Positions 37,160 to 50,657 of a DNA stretch of 64,000 nt are shown here, piece after piece; within the stretch, counting starts at the first letter, position 1, and each line of letters opens with the position of its first letter. The stretch covers positions 1,177,085 to 1,241,084 of the forward strand of contig JAAOMT010000135.1 of the NCBI GenBank assembly GCA_016748015.1, written 5' to 3'. The notes below the pieces were generated by a model, which saw only the letters and a program-made list of their open reading frames with translations, did no database searches and had not been told where the DNA came from. The stretch is from Geosiphon pyriformis uo1. Lineage: Eukaryota > Fungi > Glomeromycota. The position numbers and the translations under genes are program-made.

Positions 37160-40100
37160 ATGTAAATCCATATGTTATATTTTCTCTGGTGATCGCTTTT
37201 ACCTTGCAGTTTGCTTCATGATCTGTTTTTTGTACCAGGGCTCCCAATAATTTAGTTAATGCAAAGTCCGTAAAGGAGTCTTCTTTGCACATACCAAAAT
37301 CTTTAAAGTGGCACGCCTATGTCTGGCCCTATTTAAGTCTTTATACGGCGTGGTTCTATATTTACTTGTTCGCATACGATAAATATCTCGTATCAGAAGA
37401 ATGGACTTTTTTGACGCTCGGAACCTTGATTACAACCAATGCTTTACTGTTCTTGAGCTGCCAATGGAGCGTTCGAGCTAAAGCTTTTCTTACGTGTAAG
37501 AAAGTGACTGTATGTATTTTTTCCTTTCATGATTTACTATGAAATTTTTGAGAGAGCTTAACCTTTTATCCATAATAGGTAAATGAGATTCAGAAAGCGC
37601 GAGTAATAAAAATAATACCTGTTCCTAATAAGGGAAAAGGCGAATTATGTTTTCTACATCACAGTGAGGTACTATTTCAATTCTTATATCATTTGTTTTC
37701 TTTAATTCTTCCATTACACTCATCATCCTGATCTTGTTGAAAATTTGGAAAGAAAGGAGAAATCTCTTTTCTTTATCAAAAAAAAAAGTACCTATGGAAT
37801 GAGGATCGTAAAGTATTTTCCAAATTGTCATATCCTTGTGATCCCTCGGCTTTACTTCGGGAATTTCAAACTCACAATGGTTTTCAAAGTGATAAAGAGA
37901 TAAGCGATACGCAGGAAAAATATGGATATAATCGGTTTGGACCATAAAAATTTTAGTCTCCTCTATTTGTATTCGCTACCTAGGTTTTATTTATATATTT
38001 TATTCTCTCAGTTTTGAAATTCCTGTCCCAACTTTTCGGGAGCTTTTCAAGGAACACGCGGTCGCTCCATTTTTTATCTTTCAATTATTTTGTGTCGGTT
38101 TATGGGTTATGGATGAATATTGGTATTATTCAGTGTTTACGCTGTTCATGTTGGTCATGTTTGAATCAACTGTCGTTTTTCAGGTATTTAAAAGTTTTCT
38201 TGTTAAAATACAAATATGCTTTACATTAATCAAACCCATTTGTCCTTCATGCATTAGCGATTGAAAACTTTGGCTGAATTTCGTACCATGTCAATCAAGC
38301 CTTATGGCATCCATGTTAGACGAAATCGGCGATGGGTAACAATTAACTCGGATGAATTATTACCTGGTGATTTAGTGTCTGTCGGTAGGTATAGTTAAGA
38401 GTATACATTAATGATGTGGATAATGATATTAATATGATTTATATAAAAATTTTAGTGCGATCAAAGGAGGATACCGGAGTTCCTTGTGATATGTTACTTC
38501 TACACGGTTCATGTATTGTTAATGAAGCCATGCTTTCTGGGGAATCAACACCCTTATTGAAGGTGGAATATCAAATATTTGGGTATATAGGGCTGTGATT
38601 CTCGAGGAGCTATTAGTACGCTATTAATGAACTATAAACGCCTGTGTTTGGAGAATCTTTGATTTAAAAAATCTTCAACATAATATAAGGTTGATGCACT
38701 ATTGGTGATACTAGGACTTTTTAATGCTTTACCTTGATTTCCATGAGATTAGAAAAGAGGTGCAACCAAAAAATGGACCCATTTGGAAGGCTCGATTTTT
38801 GCCTCGCAAAGAAATACGTTTATAGAAATTGTTAATCCTTGAGTCTAGAACTTATAGCGGATAGTATGTCGAGAAATTTTCAATTTAATCAGAAATTCCC
38901 TTTTTTCTCATTTACAGGAATCTATTGCTCTTCGGGATGGCGAGGATAACCTTGATATTAATGGTCTAGACAGAAACAGTATGCTCTTTGGCGGTACAAA
39001 AGTTCTTCAAGTGACTCCTCCCGCAAAGGAAGGACCTTTATCAGGTATGATTTGACTTCTTTTCGTTACACACTTTAAATGAATTTTTCTTAATCTAAAC
39101 ACTATTTTTTTTAGCTCCTGACAACGGATGTATTGCCTACGTTCTTCGTACTGGCTTTGGAACTGCCCAAGGCAAACTTGTTCGAACAATGGTGTATAGT
39201 ACTGAACATGTCTCGGCTAATAATTTTGAATCGTTCTTGTTTATTCTGTTCCTATTGGTATTCGCTCTTACCGCTGCTGGATACGTATGGGTGAAAGGTG
39301 AAATCTCATTTTAACATGTCTATATTAATGCTTTTTTGTCATGAATTTCTTACCTCCAAATTCTCAATATTTAGGTGTTGAGAATGACCGAAAACGATCA
39401 AAACTTTTATTGGACTGTATCTTAATTATTACTTCTGTTGTTCCTCCTGAGCTGCCGATGGAACTTTCTTTAGCAGTAAATACATCATTGGTTGCATTAT
39501 CAAAATATGGTACGAATAAAAAAACAATCAAAGAAGTCTCTATTTTCACATTAAAAGGTATAAATAATGAATTTTTTTCTATTCAGCTATATATTGCACC
39601 GAACCGTTCAGAATTCCGTTCGCAGGAAAAATTGACATTTGTGCATTTGACAAGACTGGCACTTTGACAGGAGAAAATCTTGTAGTTGAAGGGATCGCTG
39701 GAATTCAGTAAGCGATTTTAATATGTTCTATTTTTTTAGTCTTCAAAAATCAGGCACGTGTAATATTAATTTTAACTCCCAAGTCCTAGTGATGATCCTA
39801 AAACTTTGGTTAGTCCTCCGGAAGCCTTGAGAGACACTATACAAACCCTTGCATCTGCGCATGCCTTGGTACTTTTGGAGGATGGAATTGTTGGGGATCC
39901 AATGGAAAAAGCGACTTTAGAAGCTTTGGCGTGGAATCTTCAAAAAGGTAACTCAACATCATAATTTGATTCATATTCTTGAGGAATTACTTGATGAGAA
40001 GCAAATTCAAGGTAGGGAATTTTTTCAGGTGACATTGTCGCTCCGGACAACGCTCAATCTGCTCGGTTTCAACAACGTTCGCAGCTTCAAATTCGTCGAC

Positions 40101-42804
40101 GGTTTCAATTTTCTTCTTCCTTAAAACGGATGTCAAGTGTTTCAACGTTAACAACGCCAAGAGGTAAAAAGACATTTGTTGCTGTGAAAGGGGCTCCAGA
40201 GACTTTACGTTACATGTATCAGTTTGTGCCTGATGATTATGAGGAAACATTCAAGTTCTTCACACGACGTGGAAGTCGCGTTCTTGCATTGGGCTTCAAG
40301 TATTTGCAAGATAATCTAAACATTGAAGAGGTATTTGGAGCTAGGATAATTTCAGATGTGATGGTTTCTTGAGTGTTTAATGGTCTTTTCATCAAATAGA
40401 TCAATCATCTTAGCCGAGATTCAGTCGAAAGTGGGTTGACTTTCGCGGGTTTTTTGATATTTCACTGTCCCTTGAAAGAAGATGCGATTTTAACACTTGC
40501 AATGTTGAATGAGTCTTCTCATAGAGTATGCGAGTCATTTCTGGTCTAAATTTGATAATATTCTACAGTTAGATTTGCACTTAAGTTTCAGTTTTCGCTT
40601 CAAAAATAGTGTGTAATGATAACTGGTGACAACCCTCTGACAGCTTGCCACGTTGCTGAAGAAGTTAAAATCGTTGAAAGAGAAGTCCTGATCTTGGATC
40701 TTCGTGAAAATGCCACGAACAATCAAGGTATTTATTAGCTTCACTTTACTCAATTTTTATTTCATATACAAAATATATTAGAAATAATTATCCCAAAATC
40801 AGATCTCATTTGGAGGTCTATTGACGAGAAAACAATTATTCCTGTGAACCCGGCCCATCCTATTAATCCCGAAATCTATCAAGAGTATGATATTTGTATA
40901 ACGGGGGCTGCATTAGCACAGTACGAAGGCAAGCCTCATGTTAGAGATTTGCTCGCCCATACTTGGGTGTACGCACGCGTTTCTCCTGGACAAAAGGTAC
41001 GTCCAAGAATTTATTTAACTCTGTATCTTATCTAATATCAATGATTTTCCACCTATTCAGGAATATATTCTGAGTAGTCTCAAACAATCTGGTTATACGA
41101 CATTAATGTGTGGCGATGGGACCAATGATGTAGGAGCTCTTAAACAAGCTCATGTTGGAGTTGCGCTTCTTGATGGAAAACCTGAGGATCTCAAAAGAAT
41201 CGCCGAGCATCAGAGAATCCAGCGATTAAAAGACATGTACGAAAACCAACTGAAATTTACTGCTCGATTTAACATGCCACCACCACCACCTCCTCCTGCC
41301 ATTGCCCATTTGTATCCACAAATAACTGCACAAATTCAACAACAACAACAACAAAATCCGAACGGTGTTCAAAGAAGGCCGCCTCCACAAGTTAGTTAAC
41401 ATGTCATTCTGAATGGCTTTATTTTTTAATTTACACTTTCTTAATTTATTAGGTTGATCGACTGGCAGAACAACTTCTGGGAGATCTTGATGAAGATCCA
41501 CCCACATTAAAATTAGGTGACGCTTCCGTCGCTGCTCCTTTCACCTCAAAACTTGCCAATGTCGTAGCTAGTAAGGATTTTTCTATATTCATTCAATGTA
41601 GGCAATTTGAATTAGATAATTAACCTGTGTGTTTTTTTCTAAAGTTGCTAACATAGTTCGACAGGGTCGTTGTACGCTTGTCGCCACGATTCAAATGTAC
41701 AAAATACTTGCTTTAAATTGTTTGATATCGGCATACAGCTTAAGCGTTCTTTATTTGGAAGGGATAAAATATGGCGATCTGTAAGCTTACTTTATTTATA
41801 TTCTTTATTATGAAGTATATTTTCCTAACAGAAATTGTATAGGCAAGTTACCATCTCAGGCATGCTACTGGCAGTATGTTTTCTTTGTATATCAAAGGCC
41901 AAGGTGAGCTTGAACTTGTCTTCAGCTTCTCTATAAAAGTTTTAACCAAGCTAATTAAATATTTGTTACAGCCCCTTCAAAAACTATCAAAAGAGCGACC
42001 TCAAACCAATGTCTTCAACTTTTATATAATACTGTCAATTTTGGGACAATTCGCCGTCCATATTGCTTCTTTGATTTATATTGTTGATCTGGTTTTTCAA
42101 TTTGAAGAGTAAGTCCCTTAAAATATATTGAGATATCCTACTTTCATGGTTAAGAAATGACAATTGGTTGTGTTACTTTGATCTTTTCTAGGAAGAAAAA
42201 GGTTGATCTTGAAGGAGAATTTGAACCCAGTTTATTAAATACCGCTGTATATCTAATATCTCTTTCGATGCAAGTGTCGACATTTGCCATAAATTACCAA
42301 GTAAGGAACAGAGTATATTTATTATCCGTCATTTGAGGCACTGTTTTTAAAGCGTTAATCTGTTTCCTGGATATTCATAACCCATGTTTTTGTTGCTACT
42401 TTTGAAGGGACATCCCTTTAGGGAAAGTTTGAAAGAAAACACCATTCTTTATTATGGTCTTTTAAGTGTCGGTGCAATTGCAATATCAGGCGCTACTGAA
42501 TTCATACCTGAACTTAATTCGACTTTATCCCTCGTGTCACAGCCTTTTGATGTAAGTCTAAATTTTTTGAGAGCTTTATTCCAAATATCTTTTGAAAGAA
42601 TATTAAAACGATGCAAAATTTTCATTCATTCATCAATTATATCAGTTCAAGACTCATCTTATTGCTACAATGCTCATTGATTTTGGTTTATCATGGCTAA
42701 TAGAAATCACATGCAAGTTTTTTTTTGCAAACAACAAACCAAAAGCAATAGCCCATCATATCCCCTCAAAAAAATCCTCCAAAGGAAAAAAAACAAAATC
42801 ATAA
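37160..42804 (+). CDS. SPF1: P5A-type ATPase (ER transmembrane-helix dislocase, ATP13A1 orthologue), multi-exon
   Basis: [86 protein letters not shown] and RQGRCTLV. The start codon appears split by an intron (AT|G). Confidence 0.95.
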
Positions 42805-42899
42805 TATTAAGAAATAGAATAATGTGTGGAGTTGGTTAATTTTTTTAGACCATTCATATTATTTTTTGTGTTATATAGCCAAATAGATTTATAATTTTT

Positions 42900-43375
42900 A
42901 TATAATTCAAGTTTTAACACGTTAATAATTTACAATTTGATACAATTAATATTAAATTAAATTATTTGTTTCAATAAGGTTAAAACTACAATGGTTATTA
43001 TTATATTATATTGTTTATTTATATAATTATATTATTATTATGCAACTTTAAAAATTTATCAAGTTTTTTGTTATTAATTAGCTGTTTTTTTTGTTGTCGG
43101 TGTTATATTTAAAGTTAAATTGACTTTGTTTTTTAAGTACTATTTAGTTTTAATATTATTATTAAAATAAAAAATTAGCAATAACAAATTAGTAATTAAT
43201 TTTGTTAATTAGCCAATTACATAAATTAGCACAATTATTAATTTATTTAAAAAAATTTTATAATAAAGCAACATTATTATAAAATAACAAGCTATTTTGT
43301 TATTATAAATTATATATATATATAAATAATTTTTAACTTAAAAAATTAATAATTTAAAATAAAATAATTAATATA

Positions 43376-43412
<37 letters not shown>

Positions 43413-45900
43413 GATTAAACTTTTAAAATTTAAAAAAAAAATTATTAAAATTATTATTTAACATATAAAAATTAAATTAAATAAACAATTAGTTTTTTAA
43501 AAAATATTTTTATAATTAAATTTTTAAATTAATAATTAACAAAAACAATTTAATAAAAAATACAAAAATTTTATTTTTAAATGATAAATTTAAACTGGTT
43601 TTTTAAAACAATATTAAATTATATATTCTAATTTTTTATGTTATTAATATTATTTTAAATAATTAAGCTATTTAAATATGTATAATTTGAATTTTGGCAA
43701 TCAAAGTTTTAGGTTTTATAATAAGTATTAAAAAAAAGTTTAGAATTTAAATTTTATTAAAATTAAAAATTAAAAAATATTTAAACATTAAAAAATAATA
43801 TTGTTAATTTTTTTACATAAAACATAATTAAGTTAACAAAAAATATTTAATATTTAATAATATTATTGTTTTAAATAACATTTATTTTTTTGTAAAATAT
43901 TTGTTTAAATTAATTAATTGTATTAATTAAAAAATATTTTGTATATTAATATATATAAAAAATTATTTTAAATAATATAAACTGGTTATATTTTAGTATT
44001 TTAATAATTATATAATTTTTAAATTTATTAAAATAAAAATATTACATAAAAAACTGTTTATAATAATTAAAAAATAACTTTATAATATAAAAAAAATTTA
44101 ATTATGTTTTTTTATATATAATTTTTTTTTAAATTATAATAAAATTGTTTTTAATTATATAAACTTTTAAAAAAAAATTTTTGGTATTTTATAAATGTTT
44201 TAAACACATTACAGTTTTTTTAAAATACATATAAAAACTTTGTATTTAAGATTTAAATTAAAAAAATATTGAGTTTTAATAAGAATACTATAATAATATT
44301 TTTTAAAATTATAAATTTAGTTTAAATAATTATAAACTATATATATAATTATTTAATTTTAAATTAAAAACTGAATATAAACATAAAAATTTATTTGTTT
44401 TAATAAATATATATTAATTAATAACAAAAATATTTTTAAAGTATATTTTAAAAAAATTTGTTTAAAATAAATATTAAAAATTAATAATTAATATGTTTTA
44501 ATTTTGTTAAATATAATTAACTAATATTAGATTGGATTTTAAAATATTATATTTAACAGTAAATTTTTTTAATTTGTTTGTAAATTTGCTTATATAATAT
44601 AGTTTTTTAAATAATTAATTATATATAAACAAAAATATAAGTTATATTTAATTACTATTTATTATAAAAATCTTAAAATAAATATAATGTTTTTTAACAA
44701 ATTATTGTTAATTTTAAAAGCAAAACAAATTATTAGATTATTTAATCTTAAGAATTGAACTGATTAAATAAAAACTAAATTAACTTTTTTTTATTTGTTT
44801 TCTACTACTGTTTTTAGTAATGCTTAAGAAACAATTTTTAGTTGTCAAAGATTTTCTTGATAGATGGTTTCTATTTTAATATTTGATATTATTTTTAAGA
44901 TTAAATTGGCTTTATTAATTCTTTGTTTTATCTATTGTTTGGCTTTGTTGGATTTAAATCAGTTTTAAAAAACAATATTAAATTTTGCTTTTAAGACTTT
45001 TTTAATTGCAATTGTTAAAGTTTTAATTAGTAGTTTTTTTTGATTATATTTAAGATTACAAAATTTTTTGTAATAATTTTTGACATTTTTTTCTCATCTT
45101 TATTGTATTTTGTAATATTTTTTTAATATATTTTCTAATAACATTAAAAATACTTTTGGTGTTTTTAGTATTATTATTTTTATTAAATTCAAATCTGTTA
45201 GTTTGTGACAATATACTGTTATTAATTTTAAGAACGTTTTTTTTGTTATTGCTGTTTTTAATAACTGGTTTTTATTAGTAAAAAAAGATAGTATTTGGAT
45301 TTTTTTTCTTCTTAATCCAAAAAAAATTATTATTTTAAAAAACTTTTTCAAAACTAAATTAATCAACTTTTTTTTTGGTTATATTGCTTTTAAAATCAGT
45401 AATTTGATTTTTTAAGTTAGTAGTTGTATTTGTTTTATTCCTTGTTTCTTTAATTTTTATTATTACCAATACTTTATTATTATTATATTTAAGTTTTATA
45501 ATCTGTTAAATTTTGTTATAACAAAAACTAATATCCTGTACAAATGTTATATTTAGTAAAAAACTCCTAAATATTATTAATATTACAAGTATTAAAGCTT
45601 AAATCATTTGTTTAAAGATTATAAAGTGTTATTATTTTTTTATTCTAAGTTAATTATTAAGTTTATTATTGGATTCAAATTTTTTGTATTTTTTTTGTTG
45701 ATAATAAATCTTATATTAAAGTTTTTGTTTTATTGGCTTCTCTTTTTGCTGTTTCTTTAATAATATTTATTGTTAATTCTGTAGTTAAAACTAAATTAAA
45801 TTTTTTGAAATCTTAAATCTTAAGTTTAGCTGTTTTAGTTAAATTTGTTATTAAGTTTATTGGTTTTTTAATTACTTTGATTATTATTCTTCTAAATAAA
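42900..45900. other. AT-rich decayed repeat block; 44780-45890 looks like a degraded minus-strand coding remnant
   Basis: Near-absence of CpG and an (ATT)n run at 43379-43412. I recognised no domain. Confidence 0.45.
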
Positions 45901-45959
45901 AATACTGGCAAAAAATTTTAAATAGAAAAAAATTTGCTTTTTATAAAAAATGCTGTTAA

Positions 45960-46245
45960 TAATTTTGCTAATTTTTTAAATAGTGTTTCTAAAAGAGTCA
46001 TAAAAAAACAAAAAAAGAAATATAATAGTTAGTTATTAAACAAACCAGCTGAATTCAAGATTGAAAACAAAGTATTTTTATATTATATAAAAGCAAAAAA
46101 ACAATGAAATAGAAAATTTAATCCAAAGTGAAACAAATTATTTTACATAGAAAAAATACTTAGAAATAGATTATATAAACTAAGATTAAAAAACAAAATC
46201 TTAATTAAAACAGCACATAAAAATCAACTAAAATTATATTATAAT
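45960..46245 (+). mobile_element. Ty3/gypsy integrase C-terminal (GPY/F module) remnant, followed by ~1.5 kb of further decayed element-like sequence
   Basis: Translates as KPAEFKIENKVFL..KQ*NRKFNPK*NKLFYIEKILRNRLYKL..AHKNQLKLY. Reversing G>A/C>T changes gives FKIGDKVLL..WSGKFDPKWDGPFYIEEILGNGSYKL..HGDRLKLY. Confidence 0.7.
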
Positions 46246-48589
46246 AAAATATTAATAAGTTTCAGTATATTACAGTTAAAAACACAAAAAATACTGATTA
46301 AACCAAATAAAATTCTATAAGATTTAGAACCAATCATTATTATCAAAGCCAATATATTATAAAATTAAAAATTGTTATAAATATAACCAAAATATATAAC
46401 AAATAAAGCAAAAAATAAAAATAACAGACGAAATACATATAATAACACAACAATATTAAAAACCAAAAACCTAAACATAGAAATAACAGTTAATAAATAA
46501 GAAATTCGTTATAAAAACACTTAAAAAGACAAAACAACTAAGAAAATATCATACAATAAAACTTAGAAACAAGAAAATAACTTTAAAAAAACTTGTCAGA
46601 AAAGTAAAAAAAACTTTCAGAAATTCAATAATAAGTATTTAACTAGAAAAATTAATAAAAAAAGATTGAAAAAATTAGAAAAAACAGTTTTTAATAATAT
46701 ACTGCTATTACTATTTAGAATAACAGTTAAATATTTAAACACTATATATCAACAGTTCTAAACAGATATTTGACAAAAAAATAATACAATAAATAAAACA
46801 TTTTATTAAAAAAAACAACTTAATAACTTATTTAAAAACAATTTACTAACTATATACAATTTTTTATAAATACAATAAAATACTATTACATCCAGTCATA
46901 AAAAACTTAACAGTAAATTAATTAAAAAAAATAACCAATTTATAATTTAAAAAATTGAGAACAGAAGTTTTTAAAGCCATAATAAAAAAAAATATGCAAA
47001 CTTATCTAAAAAAAAAACTTAGAAGATTTTACAAAAGCTTAATATTAAAAAAAAAAGATAATATTATTTATAAAAATGAAACGTAGGAAATAATAATAGC
47101 ATAAATAGCCAATAACAAAATAGAAAATTATTAAAACACATAATTTTAGAAATTCCAGGAATTCTAAAAATTGCAAGAATACTAGTAAAAATGCCAGAAA
47201 TTTTAAAAATGCCAAGAATTCTAACAATAACTTAAAGAAATTATAGAAATTTCAGAAATTTTATATTATGAAAATTTATATATATATAATAAAAGTGATA
47301 AAAATTAAAAAGATATTAGTTAATTATTTTAGAAAAAATATATTTTGTACAAAATAACAGATATTGTTAAAAAAAAACATATTATCTATAATAATAAACT
47401 TTTTATTTATAGTAAAAAAAACTTAAAATAAACAATAATGTAAAATTACAAATTAACAAACTTTAATTTAATAGAAATAACTTTGTTAAAAACATTCAAA
47501 ACAGTTTTAATTATTAAAAATAGTATTATAAAAAATAGTATAAAAAATAACAATAAAAAAAAACCAATAAAAATTATTAAAAACTTTACAATCTTTAAAG
47601 TAAAAAAAAAATTTATCAAGCTTAATTTATATAATAGTATTTTAAAAACTCTAAAATACAAATTCTATACAAAAAAGCTTAATATTGTTTTTTGTAATTA
47701 AATTTAACTTAAAAAAACTATATAAAAACTAAAAAACAGTTTTAATATAAGTTATTTTAATTTTAATAAAAACTATTTATTTTGAAAATTTTTAATAATT
47801 GAAAATTGGTTCTTAATATTATAAACATCACCAAAAAACAAAAAAAAATTGATTTGGTTTCTGTATTGTTTTTAAAGTCAATAAAAATCTATTAGAAAAC
47901 ATTATATTAAACAATATAACTAGTAATTAATCTTAATTTATCTTAAGAAATATAATAATATTATTATTTTTTATATTAAATAAAAAATTAAATACTATAA
48001 TAAAAATTTTATTTAAATTTTTATTCAAAACTACAAAAAAATTTGATGTAATAATAACAAATAAAAACAACTGCTGTTTTTTAAAGTTTATGGTATTTTT
48101 GGTTATTTGCAAAGTAATAATAATAATAATAATAATAGTAAAAACAATAAAAACCAATTTATTAACTAGTTTATTATTAAAACTTTGAAACTTTTAATAA
48201 GAATAAAATAATATTAGAACTAATCTTAATGTGTTTCTTAAAAAAACTTTAATTAAAAAAAAACTATAAATTAAAGAAAAAAAATGGTTATTTATATTTT
48301 TTACATGTAATTATAGATAAATATAAAAAATTTTTAAATTATTAATAACTTAATTTTTTAATACAAATTTTTTTGTCAAAATTGTATACAGCTATTTGGT
48401 AATATTTAACTTGTTATTTTTGGTCATAAATAATAATTTGTTGAAATTTACAATATATAAAGTTTAATAGTATTTGATTTATAAAATTTAGTTTGTAATT
48501 TGAATTTTGATTATAATTAATTGGTTTGTTTTTAGTTTGTAGTTGATTTTTGTTGATTTTTTAATATTTCTGGTTATATAACTATTTAT

Positions 48590-48717
48590 TATAATTTTAA
48601 TTGGTTTAAATAATTGGTTATATGTAAAAAAAACATAAATTATGTTTATTTTAAAAGCTCTTGTAATAGGTGGTGATTGAACTGTACTCGTTAAATAAAA
48701 TAAAAAATAAAAAATAA
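48590..48717 (+). mobile_element. LINE-type 3' tail fragment with A-rich end
   Basis: taggtggtgattgaactgtactcgttaaataaaataaaaaataaaaaataa matches the reverse complement of the LINE terminus atttaacgagtgaagtccaactactaccta. Confidence 0.65.
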
Positions 48718-48763
48718 TTTATCACAACATAAATATTTAGTTTTTTTATATATTATATATATA

Positions 48764-49979
48764 CACTCGGCGGAAAAAAGTCATGGGACACTTTATTATT
48801 TCTTTAATGACTTTTTATTTTATTTAATACTTAATAACTAGTTGGTCCACCCTCCTTTCTAATACATTCTTCAATACGTCTAGATACACTAGTAACCAAA
48901 TTTATATAGATATCTCGTGGAATTGCTTGCCATTCTTCTTGTAACGCGAGGAATAATTTGTGATTATTTTCGGGGCGCGGATTTCGTTTTTTGACTTGTT
49001 TTTGTAAATAATCCCATAAATGCTCTATTGGATTCAAATCGGGTGATTGTACTGGCCATTTAGAAAGTAAATTGAGATGTTTTTGAGCCATCCAAGTCTT
49101 AACATCTTTAGCTGTATGAATTGGAGCATTATCTTGTTGAAATAAATAATGTTTATGATAAAATTTATAATTAATCCATGGTAATAAATGTTTTTGTAAA
49201 AGATCAATATATCCAAACCGATTTAATATGCCTTCTACTAAAACTAAAGGACCTAATCCACAGTTGGTGATAAATTTTCTTTGTTAAATCTTGTTCCTTT
49301 TTCTCTCCATACTTTTTGAGGTCCATCAGAAAAAAGACAAAATCTTGATTCATCACTCCAAATAACTTCATTCCATTCTTTAATTGTCCAAAAGAATGTT
49401 CAATACACCAATTAAGTCGATTTCTTGTTGGATTTGAGTTAATAATGGTTTTTTTGCAGCAATTCTTGAGTAAAGACCAATCTTGTGTAAGGAAGTACTG
49501 ATAGTTTTTGTTGAAACTTTAAAATTTTTCTTATTGAAATCTTCTTGAATTTCTTTGAGAGTACTTTTTGGATTCTTTTTAATTGTTTTTTGTAATATTT
49601 CGGTAGTTTTTTATTAAGAAAAGAAGGTCTACCACTTCTGGGTGTGGATTCAATAGTATTGCTTTTTTTATAATGAGAAAGTATATTTTGAATAGTTGAT
49701 TTAGGATAATTAAGTTGTTCTGATATTTTACGTACAGATTTTTTTTCTTCTAAAAGAATAATAATTCTAGTACGCTCAAAATCATTTAATTCTTTCCTTT
49801 GAACTTTGGATTTTTGAATATTCATGTTTATCAAAAAAAATCCCGAAATATTTTATGTTAATTATTGATTAATAATTGTTATTTTAATACATTCCTTACT
49901 ATTTATAGATATTTTTATCATTCATGGAACACAAAATAATAAAAATGTAAAGTGTCCCATGACTTTTTTCCGCCAAGTG
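48764..49979 (-). mobile_element. Tc1-like DNA transposon (1216 bp) with defective DD35E transposase
   Basis: 32 bp TIRs CACT(C/T)GGCGGAAAAAAGTCATGGGACACTTTA at 48764-48795 and 49948-49979, with TA TSDs. HTH region with RSGRP, then IWSDES, FQQDNAPIH and WPVQSPDLNPIEHLW. Frameshifts and an internal deletion are present. Confidence 0.95.
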
Positions 49980-50657
49980 TATATTATATAGCCAATTTTT
50001 AATGTTTATAATATTAACATGTTTAAATTAATTTATTTATTTATACTTAATATAATTAATCTTTTTTATTTTTATCATTTATTTATTTTTTATTTGGGTT
50101 ATTTCTGTTTAAATTAAACAGTTTTAACTAATATAAAAATATTAAAGATGAGTTTGTAATTTATTAAAAAATTCAATTACAAAAATTACATTATTTTATT
50201 AAGTTACAATCAATGCTACAATTTTTATGGGTCCAGGCTAACTTTACACTCACCTGACAAAAGTTTTTTGTTAGGTGAATGTGGCTAAACACAGGTCATT
50301 ATCGGCGGGATTCTCTGCCCAAATACCACATAATTCACGATCATAGATGTAATTTGAACACACTAATCAAGTAGATCCGAGTCGTGGCCTTTTCAAAAGG
50401 GGATAGAAATTTCTTAGAAATCCAAATTCCCTTTTGTCCTTAAGTATTCATATTTTAATGACACAAATAAGAAGAGTCAATATCCAAGAATATTTAAGGG
50501 GTTTACGATTCTGTTGATTGTTTTGTGTTGGATTATGAGAAGTGTGAATAAATCGCTGTCTTTTCATTTGTTGTGGTCTTGCTTGAGTTCTTCCAACAAT
50601 GAATCCTCTCGCACCACTATTTTTAGGAACATAATAGTCAATACTTGAGATTGAATT

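Noticed and set aside
41275-41355. Poly-Pro/poly-Gln tract in SPF1
   Set aside because: Low-complexity expansion in the variable arm region typical of P5A ATPases; not novel.
45100-48157. Ile/Lys/Phe/Asn-rich ORFs in AT-rich blocks
   Set aside because: Compositional artefacts of very low GC.
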